DNA of 61,831 nucleotides, the filler included, from Sphacelaria rigidula (lineage: Eukaryota), in NCBI GenBank assembly GCA_964200075.2. It is 8 parts of 8 records of this genome, joined end to end, with 100 filler letters (N's around TTAATTAATTAA, not from the genome) between each part and the next. Parts side by side here need not be neighbours in the genome. Positions count along the whole stretch, not along the records: positions 30,968 to 38,608 come from CAXNAA020013971.1; positions 38,709 to 46,349 come from CAXNAA020013972.1; positions 46,450 to 54,090 come from CAXNAA020013973.1; 5 more parts are not named here. The stretch is one strand, 5' to 3'. Below are positions 36,221-49,486 of this stretch, in pieces (position 1 is the stretch's first letter; the number at the start of each line of letters is the position of its first letter). The notes beneath the pieces were generated by a model that saw nothing but the letters and a program-made list of their open reading frames with translations, made no database searches and had not been told where the DNA came from. A program made the position numbers and the translations under genes.

Positions 36221-36891
36221 ATACACAGGTATACTGGCTTACTGTTTCCTCACAGCGAATAGCAAAATGATGACAGCAAGCGGCATCTAGCAAAAGGGAT
36301 GATCAGACCGACGCAGAACAGTTCATGCTGAATGTCAGGGCGTGGTGAATACAGATTCCAGGCAATCATTTTCTCTTGCAATCATGGTGGTGTTGAAAAC
36401 TCACAGAACAATGAGCACTTTTTGACAGTGAACACCAGGGTACGCCAGTTGGATTCTGTTTCCGAAAAGGAACTGAATCCAACTAGGCGAAAAGAGGCAT
36501 GTTTGTAACTGTCGCGAACGGATTCGAATATCCTCAACCCCTGACTGCGGTACTTGTAGTATCTACCAGTGGATCCTGGTGCGGAGGGATGTCGTCTCTT
36601 CTTGTCTGTGGAGCTCACCAATGCAAGGATCGATGTCTCTCTGCCTCTGTTTTTGGACAGGACGCGCCCCTGTCCGCTGAAAAACATGTCGTTGAAAAAT
36701 AGGGCAATGTTTCTGTCACCGCTACTGTTCTCTGTCATACATATGCCAGTAAGGACGGTGCTGCTGCGGCAAGAACAGATCGAATTTGAACTTAGGGGTA
36801 TTATTCATCGTTGATTCACCCCAACATGTGACCACCTGGGTGCCCGACCACAAAAGCGTGCGACACGCCAGTTGGGGGGGTGTATCAGAGA

Positions 36892-37314
36892 TCAAACACT
36901 TGTGGAGACCTTTACATACGGAGTGAAAAAATATACCCATGGCGGTGACCTAACTGTTGCTAGCGTGGTGCGGAGGGGTGCGTTCATGCTGCAATCTGGA
37001 GCACACACTGGCTGCGTGAACACCTCAGTCCAGTAGCTTTCAATAATTAATTCCGATGTCAGGAGGTCATGTATTACAAGCTGGGGCGAGATATGACCCC
37101 ACGAGGAACAAGAATGCTCTATGATCAACCACTTGTCGTTGCATTTGACACCCACGCCATCAACCGCCGACCGCAAAGGTCTTGTGGCTTTCAAACAACT
37201 CTGGCGGCAGTACGGCAGGCTAACCCGATTATAGCTAGCTTTCGTTGCTCTACTGTACTGACTGCCGTCTGCACAGAGGTCACCCACCGTAACAGCATGC
37301 ACCAAATTTCGCAA
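36892..37314 (-). pseudogene. Possible decayed hAT-like transposase fragment
   Basis: MRNLVHAV...SYNRVSLP...GVGVKCNDKW loosely recalls the hAT/DUF659 segment before the first catalytic Asp. This is by-eye similarity only. Confidence 0.25.
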
Positions 37315-38608
37315 AAGCTGTACAAACGAAAACTCGGGTTTTTTAAGTACTATGTCATGGTTCGATACTCACCACCCAGGTAGGAAGATGCCAGTTCAGT
37401 GGGCACCGGGGGCTAGTGGGCCCAAGCACAATCATAAGTATCGAAGCCATTGAGCTCGACGTTACCAAGTGTAAAGTCAGCCACCGCACCAGTGGTCAGG
37501 TGGCATGCCGTGAGCCGCGCAGGCTGCAAGACAACATGTGTTGCATGGAGGTTGGGCTTACATTGTAAAAAGACCAGAGATCCCTCTGATACCGCAGTCC
37601 GTGATGGCGTAGATGCTCTTGTATTATTGGCGTACAGGCCAACTCGTCCTTTGCTAGTTGAGATGCATAGTCCGAAACGCTGTGACACGTGAGGGCACAC
37701 AGGGGGGCACACGGCCAGATTCTACCACACAATGTAGTATGACCCATCAGATACCAAGCATGACAAAGTATGACACATGGACCCTAGACGGCTGGAAAAT
37801 GACCAATAAGTCTGTAACATTCCCCTAGCCGTATTTATATGGCTAAACACAAATTTATTGGAGGGCTGGAAGGGCCAGAACAAAAACAAAGCCTGTGCAT
37901 CTTACGCCTGAAAGTAAAACGAGAGAAACCTGCTGAATTACAGTACAGGGGAAAACTCGTTGCAGATCTAATGAATGGGTAGACCCTGATAAGCAGGGGA
38001 AAACTCCATCCGTTAGGAAAGGAAAAAATCTATAACGCCCTTTCCAACGACAGAAACAGCAGACAAGTACGGTCGCTGTCGTTTTTCCGCGATCTCAGTT
38101 AGACTGGAGAACGATCGGCTAGTGAGCTGGATCGTGCGTCGACACCCCGGATCAGTTACACTGGATTCTGGGGAAGTGCGGGGCTTGAACCTCGCTAAAA
38201 ACAACCTTTCCACGAACTGATCAATAGTTACAGGAGTGCAGCTTTTGCGGGGTGCTCTTCTATAACTACTGACACCTATTCTACTGGAAATAGAGCCCAC
38301 GCGCCTTGGCTCACACATGTGCTCGTATGTTACCAAATGGGGAGCAATCAATAACAAAGCGACAAAAGAAAAAGACAACAAGAACACTCGAAATTCATGA
38401 CTGAAGCGTATGGTAGCAGCGATATATAGTTATTCATTCCCTTATTTCATTACCGCATTCCTCTCGCAATAATATCATATACCACATCACACAACAAGCA
38501 ACAAATTGTGCGAATTAAGGTTTAACTTCAAGATGAGGTTCAAGCCTACAACAGTGCTTTCCCCACACTTTCAGCGTTGGTGCCCGATGACGTTTTTGTC
38601 GGCCTAAT

Positions 38609-38708
38609 NNNNNNNNNNNNNNNNNNNNNNNNNNNNNNNNNNNNNNNNNNNNTTAATTAATTAANNNNNNNNNNNNNNNNNNNNNNNNNNNNNNNNNNNN
38701 NNNNNNNN
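38609..38708. other. Artificial contig spacer
   Basis: N run with TTAATTAATTAA. Confidence 0.99.
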
Positions 38709-39074
38709 GGGGGAAGGGAAGCAACAGCGATGTTGTCGCGAGCCGCGTTTTCAAGGCCGGCGCCTAAGTGCTGCGGTGTAGGCATCTGTACTGACAAGAG
38801 ACACGGCGTGTGCTTATCGTAGCGCTCGTGCGCTGTGAAGATCGCCGGTGGGCTATTAGACATATGGAGATGGGCCGGGATCAATTACCGGGGAAGTATT
38901 GAGGTTAAATGCCTGCGAATCAGCAATGTGAGCGCCTCCCAGCGTATTACTATGTCAGGTATACCCAGGCAAAAAATATCGTGATCCGAACGGCGTTCTG
39001 CGTGCAAGGGTCATAGAGAGCACAGGAGCTTCTGGTGCTGCCTCGTGAGGAAGGAACGGTGCATGTTCAGTCAA

Positions 39075-39200
39075 TACCCGCGCTCCGGATACGGGCATAC
39101 ATTATGTACAAAACTCACAAAACTGTCAGGCAAGGGTATAGGAGGCGTACAAAACTCACAGAAACTGTCGGGCAGGGTATGAAGGCTGCACAGAAAAGTA
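39075..39200. repeat. Short ~43-bp tandem repeat
   Basis: GTACAAAACTCACA.AAACTGTC.GGCA(A)GGGTAT twice, plus a partial copy. Confidence 0.7.
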
Positions 39201-39778
39201 GCTACTGACTGGTAGTACAACCAAGGGTATATATGAAACACGTGACGGGTAGGGGGGGCTGTACATGCGTGCGGGGTATTGAGTGTGCTGAGTACACGAC
39301 GTCGCGGGTGGAAGTGGGACGAGCACACTGTACGATAGACGTGCGGGTGTGTTGTCTCAGGGGTCTCGTGGTTCCGTGCAAGGGTTGGGCACCATGCGAC
39401 CTTGGGCTGTCGGCCTGCGGTGTAGTTGTGCTGGGCGTTCTACCTTTGCGTGTTTGCGGGAAGATATACGCGCAGCTACATAGATATCAGAGTATAATAG
39501 GGTACGTACTGTAATATGGTGTGAAGCGTGCGGAGAAATAGAGCTGCCCAATTTTTCAGTTTAACACGGTACTTACTCACTGTGGTTTTGCGTGAGCTGG
39601 GTAGGGCATAGAGCTGCACCTATATTACAGTATAATAGTGTACTGACTCTAATTTGATGGGGCTGCGTTAGCTTATGCATGTGGTTGGTTCTGGACAGTA
39701 GGACGCTATTCCTACGGCTGGGAGGCCTCGAATGTACTGTACTGAGCGTGCGTGCTGAAAACCAAATGGGGAATCTCA

Positions 39779-40421
39779 CCTGCCGCCGTGGGTGAATCCG
39801 TGTAAGCAATCGTTCCTCGTCGCTGTCCTCCTCCTCCTTTGCCGAAGCGGCGCCAGCTGCGCTCCGGTCGGGCTTGCCATGTGTGCTGTCTCCCGCATCA
39901 GAGAGCGCCGATCCCGAAAGGTTTTGGCGTTTTGGTAGAGGGTCGGTGAGGTCCACCGGGGCATGGGGTTGGGACGTTGGTCGCGGTGGCAGCAGAGGGG
40001 GAGGTGGTAGCGGTGGTGATGGAGTGGAGGGCGGGGGGAACGCGCCGGGAAGCACGAGGAAGTCGCCTATTTTCTTCAAGCCACCGTGGGTGGTTGTGTC
40101 GGTAGCCCACAGGTGGTCCACCGATGCTTCCAGCAGGGTGCGGGTCTGGAGGTCCCTTCGAGCGTCGGGGGTGGCACTTGCTGCCATGGAAGGTTGCAGA
40201 AGCGTCGCAATGTTCACGGATGTGGACTGTGCGAGGATGTCTGCACAAACACACAGGAGCTGGTTTAGTGGTGTTTCGTCCGCGGTGAGGCCCAACACCG
40301 CGATCACCTTTTTTGTGTTTATGACGGAGATGGCCCCCCGCACCTCATAGACCAGCGCGTGGAGGGCGGCGGCGGAGGGTATCTCCTCCGGGGCGGACAT
40401 ATTCAGCGTGTCAGGGACCAT
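39779..40421 (-). pseudogene. Unknown protein, first exon of a probably decayed spliced gene or element ORF
   Basis: GC-rich ATG-initiated ORF (~214 codons) ending at CAG/GTGAGA. Candidate downstream exons (~39340-39475, ~38709-38997) carry stops. No recognisable domain. Confidence 0.4.
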
Positions 40422-43113
40422 AGCGAGGTAGTTGGCGGTTGGATTGTAGGAGTTTGGAGGTAGTGTGCGAAAGGAGAGGGCGAGCCCACGTACAACGGGG
40501 CGAGCCTTCGCCGCCGGAGCTGTCTCAAATCGGTTCCTACTTTCCGTGCTGTTTCTCGGTGGGTAGGAATCGATAATCAGTAAATAATTGGTGACGTGTG
40601 GCGCTCATATATCACTCGTTCTTGACAGCCCCGTGTCATAACGCCTACGGCTATATGTAGGACTTCCTGTCAAATGATCCTATCAGATCAACGAAATCCC
40701 CCCAAATTGTTCCTTCCCTCAGGACCCCAACACTTCGGTTATCGAGATCCAAAATTGTATGGCGTGTAGTACTCATTGTCAAAAGCTACCAGCAAGGGAA
40801 AAAATGGAACATAGTTCGAAGATTTAGTGTTGATACGACGATTTCAATTCTCCGGAATTCTCATCCTCAGTAACAGGTCCATCCCCAATTTGTAAAATCC
40901 CGTGTTATTTCAGCTGAGCATACGCATTTCATAGTGTCATGAAGATGCATACTAGCCTGTGGTCATGCCGCTTCAGACCCGTTGTCGAAGTCTGGCTTTC
41001 GGTAATATTGGAAATCCCGGTAGACAAGGAATCCCGGTAGACAAGACTACAGGTCTGTTCAGAGTTGGTCGGATACGAATGTGAACCTGTATAATTACAG
41101 GGATGGCTTTGTCTTTGATCGTGCTACACGATCAAAGCCCCCCCATCAACCACTATCAACTGCTCCTCTATTGCCCTCCAGCAAAAGAAGCCTAACTATC
41201 GGTGAGACGCATAGGGTTGAATTGGACGGATTGAGTGGGTACTGGAGTTAGAATCAAGACAATCAAGAGAGAAGTGAAGAACCTATTCGCGTGAACCTCG
41301 TCTGATATTTGGATGCTGAGCAGATCACACGGTACCTACAAGTTATAGCAGCCTGACGGTTTTACACTTGTCTGCCAAGCTTGTGCCTTGGGGTTGCAAG
41401 CTGTGTCCTTGCATTATACTGCCGCTTGCTCTTTATTACATCGGCGTTTGACTAAGGAGCTTCTTCTTTGGCTATTGCGTTTCTTTCTTGTACCGATTTG
41501 TATCCCTGGCTGCCAGCTATGTACTCCAGCTTTTTGATCATTTGCCCCTTTCCCCTTCGGAGTTGTAGTCAAATCGACCGCCAGGTAGTCATTAGCTCTC
41601 GAGCTTCTGCCCCGCGTGTCCCTCGGTAAAGTGTATTCGTGCCCTGCTACTTGCAATTGCTGTAGCGCTCGACGCCACATCTTGTGTGGTCAACGCGGGG
41701 TCAACGCGCACTGCTTGCTGTTCTTGCCGTGCTGTCAATTTGATATCACCTGCACAAGACCCAACGATATCAGTCCCGCCTGCACGACTTGTGAATCTTT
41801 TCTTGATTCAACAGCCCGGCGCGACCCCCGCACCAAGCCACCGTTCGCTCGTGTATTTGGCCTTGTGGCTCCCTTTCCTTCTGCAGAATAAGTCTTCTAC
41901 TACAGGTTTGTACAGAACACCAGTGCACAAAGGCGCACTGTTGTTCATAGCGGCTGTTCCTGACCTGAGCTCCTGCCAAGCCGGCACGCTGCTGCTCTTA
42001 TGTTTTCAGTATCGATTGTACGCGACTGTTTTATCTTTCCTTCACGAAATTACGGAACAAGTACAGACCGTGTTCACACAGTGTGATAACGGACGTCTGT
42101 ACACGAACTTAGAATTGTGCCGGCACTTTACCTTCGTTGCTCGTAGCGACCTTGTTGTTGTTGTAGCTTTAGCCTCGTTGCTTGTGGCTACTTTGTTCTT
42201 GTTGTCCTCTTGTGTACTTCGCACAGCCGTAAGGCAACGCGGTGCATCACCGTGGTAAGTAGCAATACACAGCATAACGTACTGTGAGTTTTTTCTCCTT
42301 TGAAAACTTCTCGAACGAACAACTTTATTGTTCCAAGACGGGTTCGTTGAAATACTACTAGTTGAAACATTTCGACCTCCGTTACGTGCTCATTTGAACA
42401 GACAGCACTCGAAATCGGTGCCCCTTGCCTGTGCACTACAAATGTTTCGGCACCCGCTCCCAGCGTTACCCCTGTTGTGCATCACATCACCTTTGTTCTA
42501 CATACATACGTTGTCTCAACTTCGTTGGATAACAAGGCTTCGCTCTGCACTACGCAGTCCGAGTTCGCGGTCTACAACCCAAGCTTTGTAAAAGCTTTTG
42601 TGCTGCCTTACGCTCCACAGATTTCGTGCGCATCTGAGAAAATATATCTATATCTTTAGTTCTTTTCATTTGCACACCGCCAGTCGCTCCTCAACTTGTG
42701 CTGGGATCATACAGTTATAGTCTACCCGTGACGCTACATCCGGAACACGTGTAAGTTGTTCTTCCACGTACCAACGCTGCTACAGACACTTGGGTCTTCG
42801 CTTGTCTTCGGCGACATACGCCTGTTCTGCGCACAACCCCGTGCTAGATATTACCGCCACAACTTGAATAAAGTTGTATTAATCAGACCCCGGACATAGT
42901 TGTTACAAACCTCATTTCGCTTGAATAAATTACTCAAGTAAATCAGGTCCTACGGTCCCCTCGGGCGCTATTAGGCTTCATTATCCAGTATTTTCCGGAT
43001 CAAGCTTCGGCTTCTGCACGTAGCATCACCTGGTGTCACGCTCCTTTGATTAGAGCCGCAGACCAGACATACTGCACCTTCCTTTTTGAGCACAAAGGCC
43101 GCGTACGCTCATC

Positions 43114-46100
43114 ATGTCGCACAAAAATAACGCTGGCTCTTCCCCTCAATTGGGAAACCAACCGCTTCGCCGGACCCGGAGTCAAACTACTGGCGGTTCG
43201 AAATCTTTCAAGATGAACGGCACGCCACCTTCAACACATCGCCGCACGTATGCGAGCGCTGTTCGTTCTTCGGGATCCGAAGACCAACATTTGAGCGAAG
43301 CTCATTCTTCAACACTTGAAGACCAGACTTTGACGCCGAGACCTGTTCTCTCCCGTTCCGACTCGGACTCAGAGAAAATGATAGTGCACCCGGCCGAGTC
43401 ATTGGTTCCTGACGCGCATGTCAGTGAGCCCATAACGGTGGATTCCGTGGCACACCCCTCGCTGGCCCCTGCTCCCCCGAATCCCAATGTGGAATCCGGA
43501 GTTAGGATTGTGCCCTCAGTCGAGTCGTTGCCCCTGGACACACGTGTCCAGCTCGGCCCTGTCACGGTTGATTCAACCGTGGCACCCCGTCGCTGGACGC
43601 CTGACAACTCTCGAGACGATTCTGTCCCGACGAAGCGCATCGCTTCTGGAGCAAGAGACTTTGTCACACGGGCTGCTTCCGCTACTGACCCCCTTCGCAC
43701 GACTCTTGATAGCCCCATGCGCCCTACTGCGCAGTCCAATGTCGGACCTGCAGTTGCAGCCATGCATGCTGCCATGCCAACTCTGCATCGCACCTCCTCG
43801 GCGTCATCGCCATCACCATCGCCAGCGCCAGCTCTCATCGAGGCACTTATAGTTTTTGCCACGCCACGCTCCAAGATCAGTCGGCGTTTGCTCATGTGCA
43901 ATTCAATGATGATTCTGCACCTGCCACGCCCAAACCCGTACGTCTGGCGACCCGTTCGGCGACATTGCGTCCTCCGTTCTTCACTCATGATAAATTCAAT
44001 AAACATGAGTCCAGCCCTTCCTCCCTGTCGCAGCAGAGCCATACTCGCGCTTCTGACCGGCGCCGCACACCGAGACTTGGTCATGACCATGTCTCCCGTT
44101 CTAGCAGTTCTAAGGGTCACTCCCAGCAAAGCTTAAACTCATCGCACGCTTCCACACGCCCGAAGAATATCGCCCATGGACACAAATATGAAGGTAGTTC
44201 GCGCCATATTTCCAATTCATCCCGCGCTTCTAAGCGCCCGGTGAACACTAACCATGGCAGTACTCACGACGATGCCTTGCGGCCCAGATCAAGTTCTTCG
44301 CGCGTTAACTCGCGCTTGAACAACTCCGATCATGCACCTTCGCGCATCTCTACTGCTCAGCCTTTGTCGCACAACTGTTATGTACGCAATGATAACAATG
44401 TGCATGCTGACGATATCCAACACATATTTTCGGATATGTCACCGGCTCCGGAATCCTCACTTGCACGGTCCAACCGCACTTCATCGCACAACCGACGACA
44501 ACGCACTGACCGCGAACCACCGTCCCGTTCCGACGCTGCGCTTGTTCGTTCTCTGCAACAATGTTTGACAGATCTCGAACGGCAACTCGCGACAGCAACT
44601 ATGGACGCCCAACGCACTACCGCTACTGCCAGCAAGACCATTTGCGCTCCCGCAGCTACTGCTGCCGCTACCGCGCCTGCTGCGCCTGCGGCCGCCCCTG
44701 CGCCGGCTCATACAACCGCCGCCCCTCCACCTGCTATCGACACGGATGCCGATAGCGGCTCCACCACGGCCCCTGTGCGCCCTCCCCCATCCGTGGAGGT
44801 TCTCTCTCCGCTTGGCGATGAGCACTGCCCCACCGGCCTGCTCTCACGCCTGTTTACTAACCGGCCACGCGCTGAACAGCAACAACTCATCACTGACGGT
44901 GAGTCGCAGGAATTTGTGCTGACGCAAAACATTCTCGGCAAATAACGCGAAGCCGACGCCGCCGCTGCTCGCCTCCTCCTGGAGAAGCACGGGAGTACCC
45001 TCAAGGACCTCCAGCGCCAGGCCTCCCTCGCTCAGTCCACGAGCACGGCGGCTCAACGAGTGCTCGACAAAGGCCGTATTGCGGCTACGTCGGCTCAAAG
45101 ACGGGTTCGTCAACTCGAAGATCATGTTCAGCGGACCGCCCAAGCCGCGACTTCGTCGGCGGCCCGCCTAACTGCTCACCAGGCCGCTCCGCCTTCCACC
45201 GACAACTTGCTCAGGCCCCACCTGCCGGCGTCCAACAGAGCGACCTATGTCATTCCTCGCAAGTCCAACAGGACATCGCCTGCTGCGGCCGCTGCCGCCG
45301 CCACGACGCCTCCGACACCGCCGCGCCACGGAGTTGGCTCGGTGCCGCACACAGCTTCTTCGTCGAACTTGCGATTGGTGTCTCACGAACGAGAATGGCT
45401 TTCTCGTCCTGTGTCAACCTATACCGGTCCCTTCGACCGGCGAAACCATCTGCACTGCTCGTCAACCGCATGGACCTTGATATCCCAACGTATTTTTTAC
45501 ACGGTTAGGGTGTATGTCGAACAGAACGGCTTCCTCCCCAAGGCAGGCGTGTCGGTGCTCACCTTGGGCCAACTAGTTTTGCAGACTACCGTTGGCGATC
45601 ACCAGGACAACCACACTTACGTTCGAGCGGTCGAGGAACGTTTTGCGGCGCCTCACGCTGCCTACAACACTCATCCTGGCGCTCCCCTCAACGGAGACGA
45701 AGATGAGGATGGGTGGACTCCCGCAACATCCAACTGCCGGGGACAGAAAAAAATCACCGGCGCGACGACGATGACACCAATGGAGGGAATTCACGCCGCC
45801 GCCACGGCGGTGGAGGATCTTCTTCAAGCAGTTCCGGACCGAACCGCCCGCCCCGCAAGCCGAAAGGCAAGCACACTGGAGACAACTCTTCGGCATCATC
45901 CGCATCGGCCTGGAACCGGTCCGGTGCAGCTCTTCCCGCCTCGGGCTCGGAGATCCCCAGGCAAGTGGTTCCTAAGTTGGCTGATGTTTCGACCCGCATT
46001 TTAGGTTTGTCCGATACGGGTACACTTGACCATCTTTTGTTCTCTACTGCAGCCCGCGCTTCAGCAACGGCCGCGGCTGACAAAGAACGTTCGGAAGCTA

Positions 46101-46349
46101 GCAAAAAAGCAGCTTCCGATAGAGCTGAGTCTGCCCGAGTAGCTGCAATACAAAGACAGTATGTTCAGATGAATGTGAAAAAAATCTGGCATATAAAAAC
46201 CATGCCTGCCGCGGATAACGAAGATTCGGGCCAGTTTACTTCTGCCCTCATCACGTCCATCCGCCGCACTGTTTGTAACATCCTTCACTTGGCGGATGTG
46301 ACTGGCACACAACGTTTCGAAGATTCAGACTGGGTAGAGGGCTGGCAGA
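43114..46349 (+). pseudogene. Long intronless, frameshifted Ser/Pro/Ala-rich ORF, probably retroelement gag/ORF1
   Basis: Overlapping ORFs 43114-44136, 43896-44945, 45060-46004 and 45713-46349 tile 3.2 kb. They include predicted coiled-coil segments (LQQCLTDLERQL; AQRRVRQLEDHV) and a more globular C-terminal part cut by the contig end. Confidence 0.5.
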
Positions 46350-46449
46350 NNNNNNNNNNNNNNNNNNNNNNNNNNNNNNNNNNNNNNNNNNNNTTAATTA
46401 ATTAANNNNNNNNNNNNNNNNNNNNNNNNNNNNNNNNNNNNNNNNNNNN
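46350..46449. other. Artificial contig spacer
   Basis: N run with TTAATTAATTAA. Confidence 0.99.
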
Positions 46450-46477
46450 ACCCCCCCCCCTATCGTAGGATGACTCG

Positions 46478-46812
46478 TTATATTATATATCATATATTAT
46501 ATTTAATATATTATATATCATATGCTCTATTTAATATTTTACATATCATATATTATGTTTCATATACTATATTTCATATATTATGTGCCATATAATATAG
46601 GTCTATATTACACAAATGCTTATTTTCCTTAATATATTATATATTATATAGTATATTGTATATTGTATATAATTATATATATATGAATATTCATCAAGGG
46701 GCAGCATATACTATAGTATATAATTATATATTAATATATAGATGCTATATAATATATATCATGTGATCATTATATTATAAATTATATATTATAAATATAT
46801 AAATAAATATGT
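46478..46812. repeat. Degenerate (TA/TATAT)n AT-rich low-complexity tract
   Basis: Almost entirely A/T with TATAT periodicity. Confidence 0.9.
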
Positions 46813-47224
46813 AAAGGAGCAAAAGCAAACATATAACCCGCAAAGCCCGCCGAACTCCTCGGATTTTGTCAATGTTCATTGATTAATTTCTTGCAATAAA
46901 GTTAAGAGAAAATATTGAAAAAAACAGGATAATTTTAGTTGTCGGAAAATTGCCCTCCGGCATCTGAGGTCATCGGGACAGAACGAGCAAGGAGCAGAAG
47001 CAGATACACGAACCCCATAAAGCCCACCAACCTTTCCGTTTTTGTCAGCATTTATTGATCAATTTCTTGAAACAAAATTAACAGACATAATCAAAACAGT
47101 GCTTATTGATCAATTCCTTGCGAGAAACTCGACAAAAAAAACCCCGAAAAAATCATGACAATTTTCGAAAAAATGCCCTCCGGGAGGGGGGGGGGGGTGG
47201 CCCACGTGTCCGAAAACTTTCCTT

Positions 47225-47576
47225 GTATACACATCAAATCTTCAACATATGGCTGCATTCCTCCACCTACTGTTAGCTATTGACAAGTACTACACAGCCT
47301 ACAAATTTGGATTCCGATAACCATGTCGGGGTTCTAGATGAGAAACAAATTTGGGGAATATAGGAGCTTCGACAAGTACTACACGGCCTACAAATTTGGA
47401 TTCCGAAAACCGGAGATTCGATCGAATCTCCTAAATTCCCCAAATCTGTTTCTTCATCTAGAACCCCGACATTTCGGTTATCGGAATCCAAATTTGTAGG
47501 CCGTGTAGTACTTGTCAATAATAGCTAACAGTAGGTGGAGGAATGTAGTCATATGTTGAAGATTTGGTGTGGATAC
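47225..47576. mobile_element. Foldback palindrome with an internal ~40-bp duplication
   Basis: The arms mirror about the perfect centre GGAGATTCGATCGAATCTCC (47412-47431). GACAAGTACTACAC.GCCTACAAATTTGGATTCCGA occurs twice in the left arm. Confidence 0.88.
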
Positions 47577-49486
47577 GAAGATTTTAATCCTCCGAGTGGT
47601 CATCTTCAATGAAAAGCTCCATCCCCAATTTCGATGATCGGCTGTTTCAAGTAGTTGTAACAGCAATAGTACACTCGAGCAGTTATGCACTCCACAGACA
47701 CTAAACTCAGGTAGTTTATGTGAGCTATATTAATTTCAGGTAATTTGTACAGACCCGACCCCTCGAATATCAACCCTCAAACCTCCTCCCCGCCATCTTT
47801 TCATCGACCATTGAGACGCATAGTAGGAATCTTCAAAATAAATTGACCCCTCGTTGTGTCGTATCACTTTTCAACTTGATGACCCTGATCGGTCGAAATG
47901 GTCGTTATGTCCGTCCCCACACACAACTTTATTGACTGTCGAGATGGATTCGATTTTTTTCTACAACCTCCATTCAACATTGAATTACACGACACAAAAT
48001 GTGAGTGTTTGCTCTGTGCGCTGTCTTTGCGATCTACCTGCTGCCCCCCGACCGAGTGGTTCTACGGCGCGGGTGTACGCTTTTTTTCTGGGGCTCTACA
48101 CTGTCGGAGCTTCAGGATGACAAACATCTGGACCGTAGTGTGCACCCTCAGAAATCTCTTGGACTGAAAATTGCATCCCTACCGTATAATAATCCCTCCC
48201 CCTTTGTTTTGTCGGGATAGCTGCACATTGCCCTGTTCTTATGCAGCACCGAAGCAGCGATGGAAATAGCGTGCAGTAGACTGCAGTGGCGAGCGATGCC
48301 ACACTGATTGTTCGGTACTCTCTGATTGAACCGCTGGTGCAAACCCTTCGCGCATACACGGTACACAGCAGCAGCAGCAGTACTCATACAGATATGGAGT
48401 TGGGTTGAGAATATGTATGTGATGTGCGTGCGTACAACATCAACGCACGCTCGAGGTGGGCCGGCACTGCCCAGAAAGTACCGAGACAGCGGAAGCATGG
48501 ACAGATTGTACGCATCCGTATGCCGCAGAAGCAGTGGATGCCAGCGTGCGGAGCACGTGTAGAGCGTAAAAGCCAAGTACCCAACGACAGTGGATCAGCG
48601 AAGACGTGTTTGCACGTGACTTATGGCTCGAAGCCGATCAGGGGTTCTCTGCATTGTTTCCCATATATCTCACCATTCATCTGTCCATGTAAGTAGGCGT
48701 TGTGTACTACTTCAAACATATACTCAGTAGCTCTGAAGCCAACGTTGACCCGACGGGCAATGTTGGCCACCTTGGGTAACCATGCCTCTCAGGCACCTAC
48801 CAACCGATCACGATCACGATCGAACAGATGGACACCACAGGCGTTACTTTCAGGGTTGAACATCACGAGGTGATAGTTTCGTAACGTTCCACAGGTATCT
48901 GTAGGTGCCTGTAACCATAGCCACTTACAGTTCTCTCCGTACGGAACAGCAGCAGTACACGCACTGCTGCACCCTTTTATCGCCCGCTCCTCTTATTTGA
49001 CCATCATACGCGACTCGTCAATAAAATCCCGAGGCGCGGGATAAACTCCGCGCTCTCGAAATTTCGACTGATTATTTACCTCCGTCCCCGAGGAAGCTTC
49101 TGCACCTCTTCATACACCCCTCTCCTCTGGTTGCGTTAGTACTCTTAATCATCCAGAGGTTCGGTTTTGCTCTCCGAGTATACCGCACACGCCTTTCACT
49201 CAAAACGTTTTCGAAGCTTCACGTTTGGGCTGCTTGCTTCCGTTGTATTCATATTCGTGTACTCTATCGAGCAAATGCAAGTCCCTGTTCCATGGGGCGA
49301 TCCTCGGCTACCTTCTGCAACAAGAAGTTGCGGCGGATGACGTGTTTCTTTGTCTCGATTGACCTGGAGAGCAAAACAAATACATGTGTCTCCCTCTATA
49401 ACTTTGCAAGGATGATCTCCTCTCCTCCTCCCCCTCCCCTCTCCTCCCTCCTTCACACGCGTGAACTAGCGACTACGAGAACCTAG

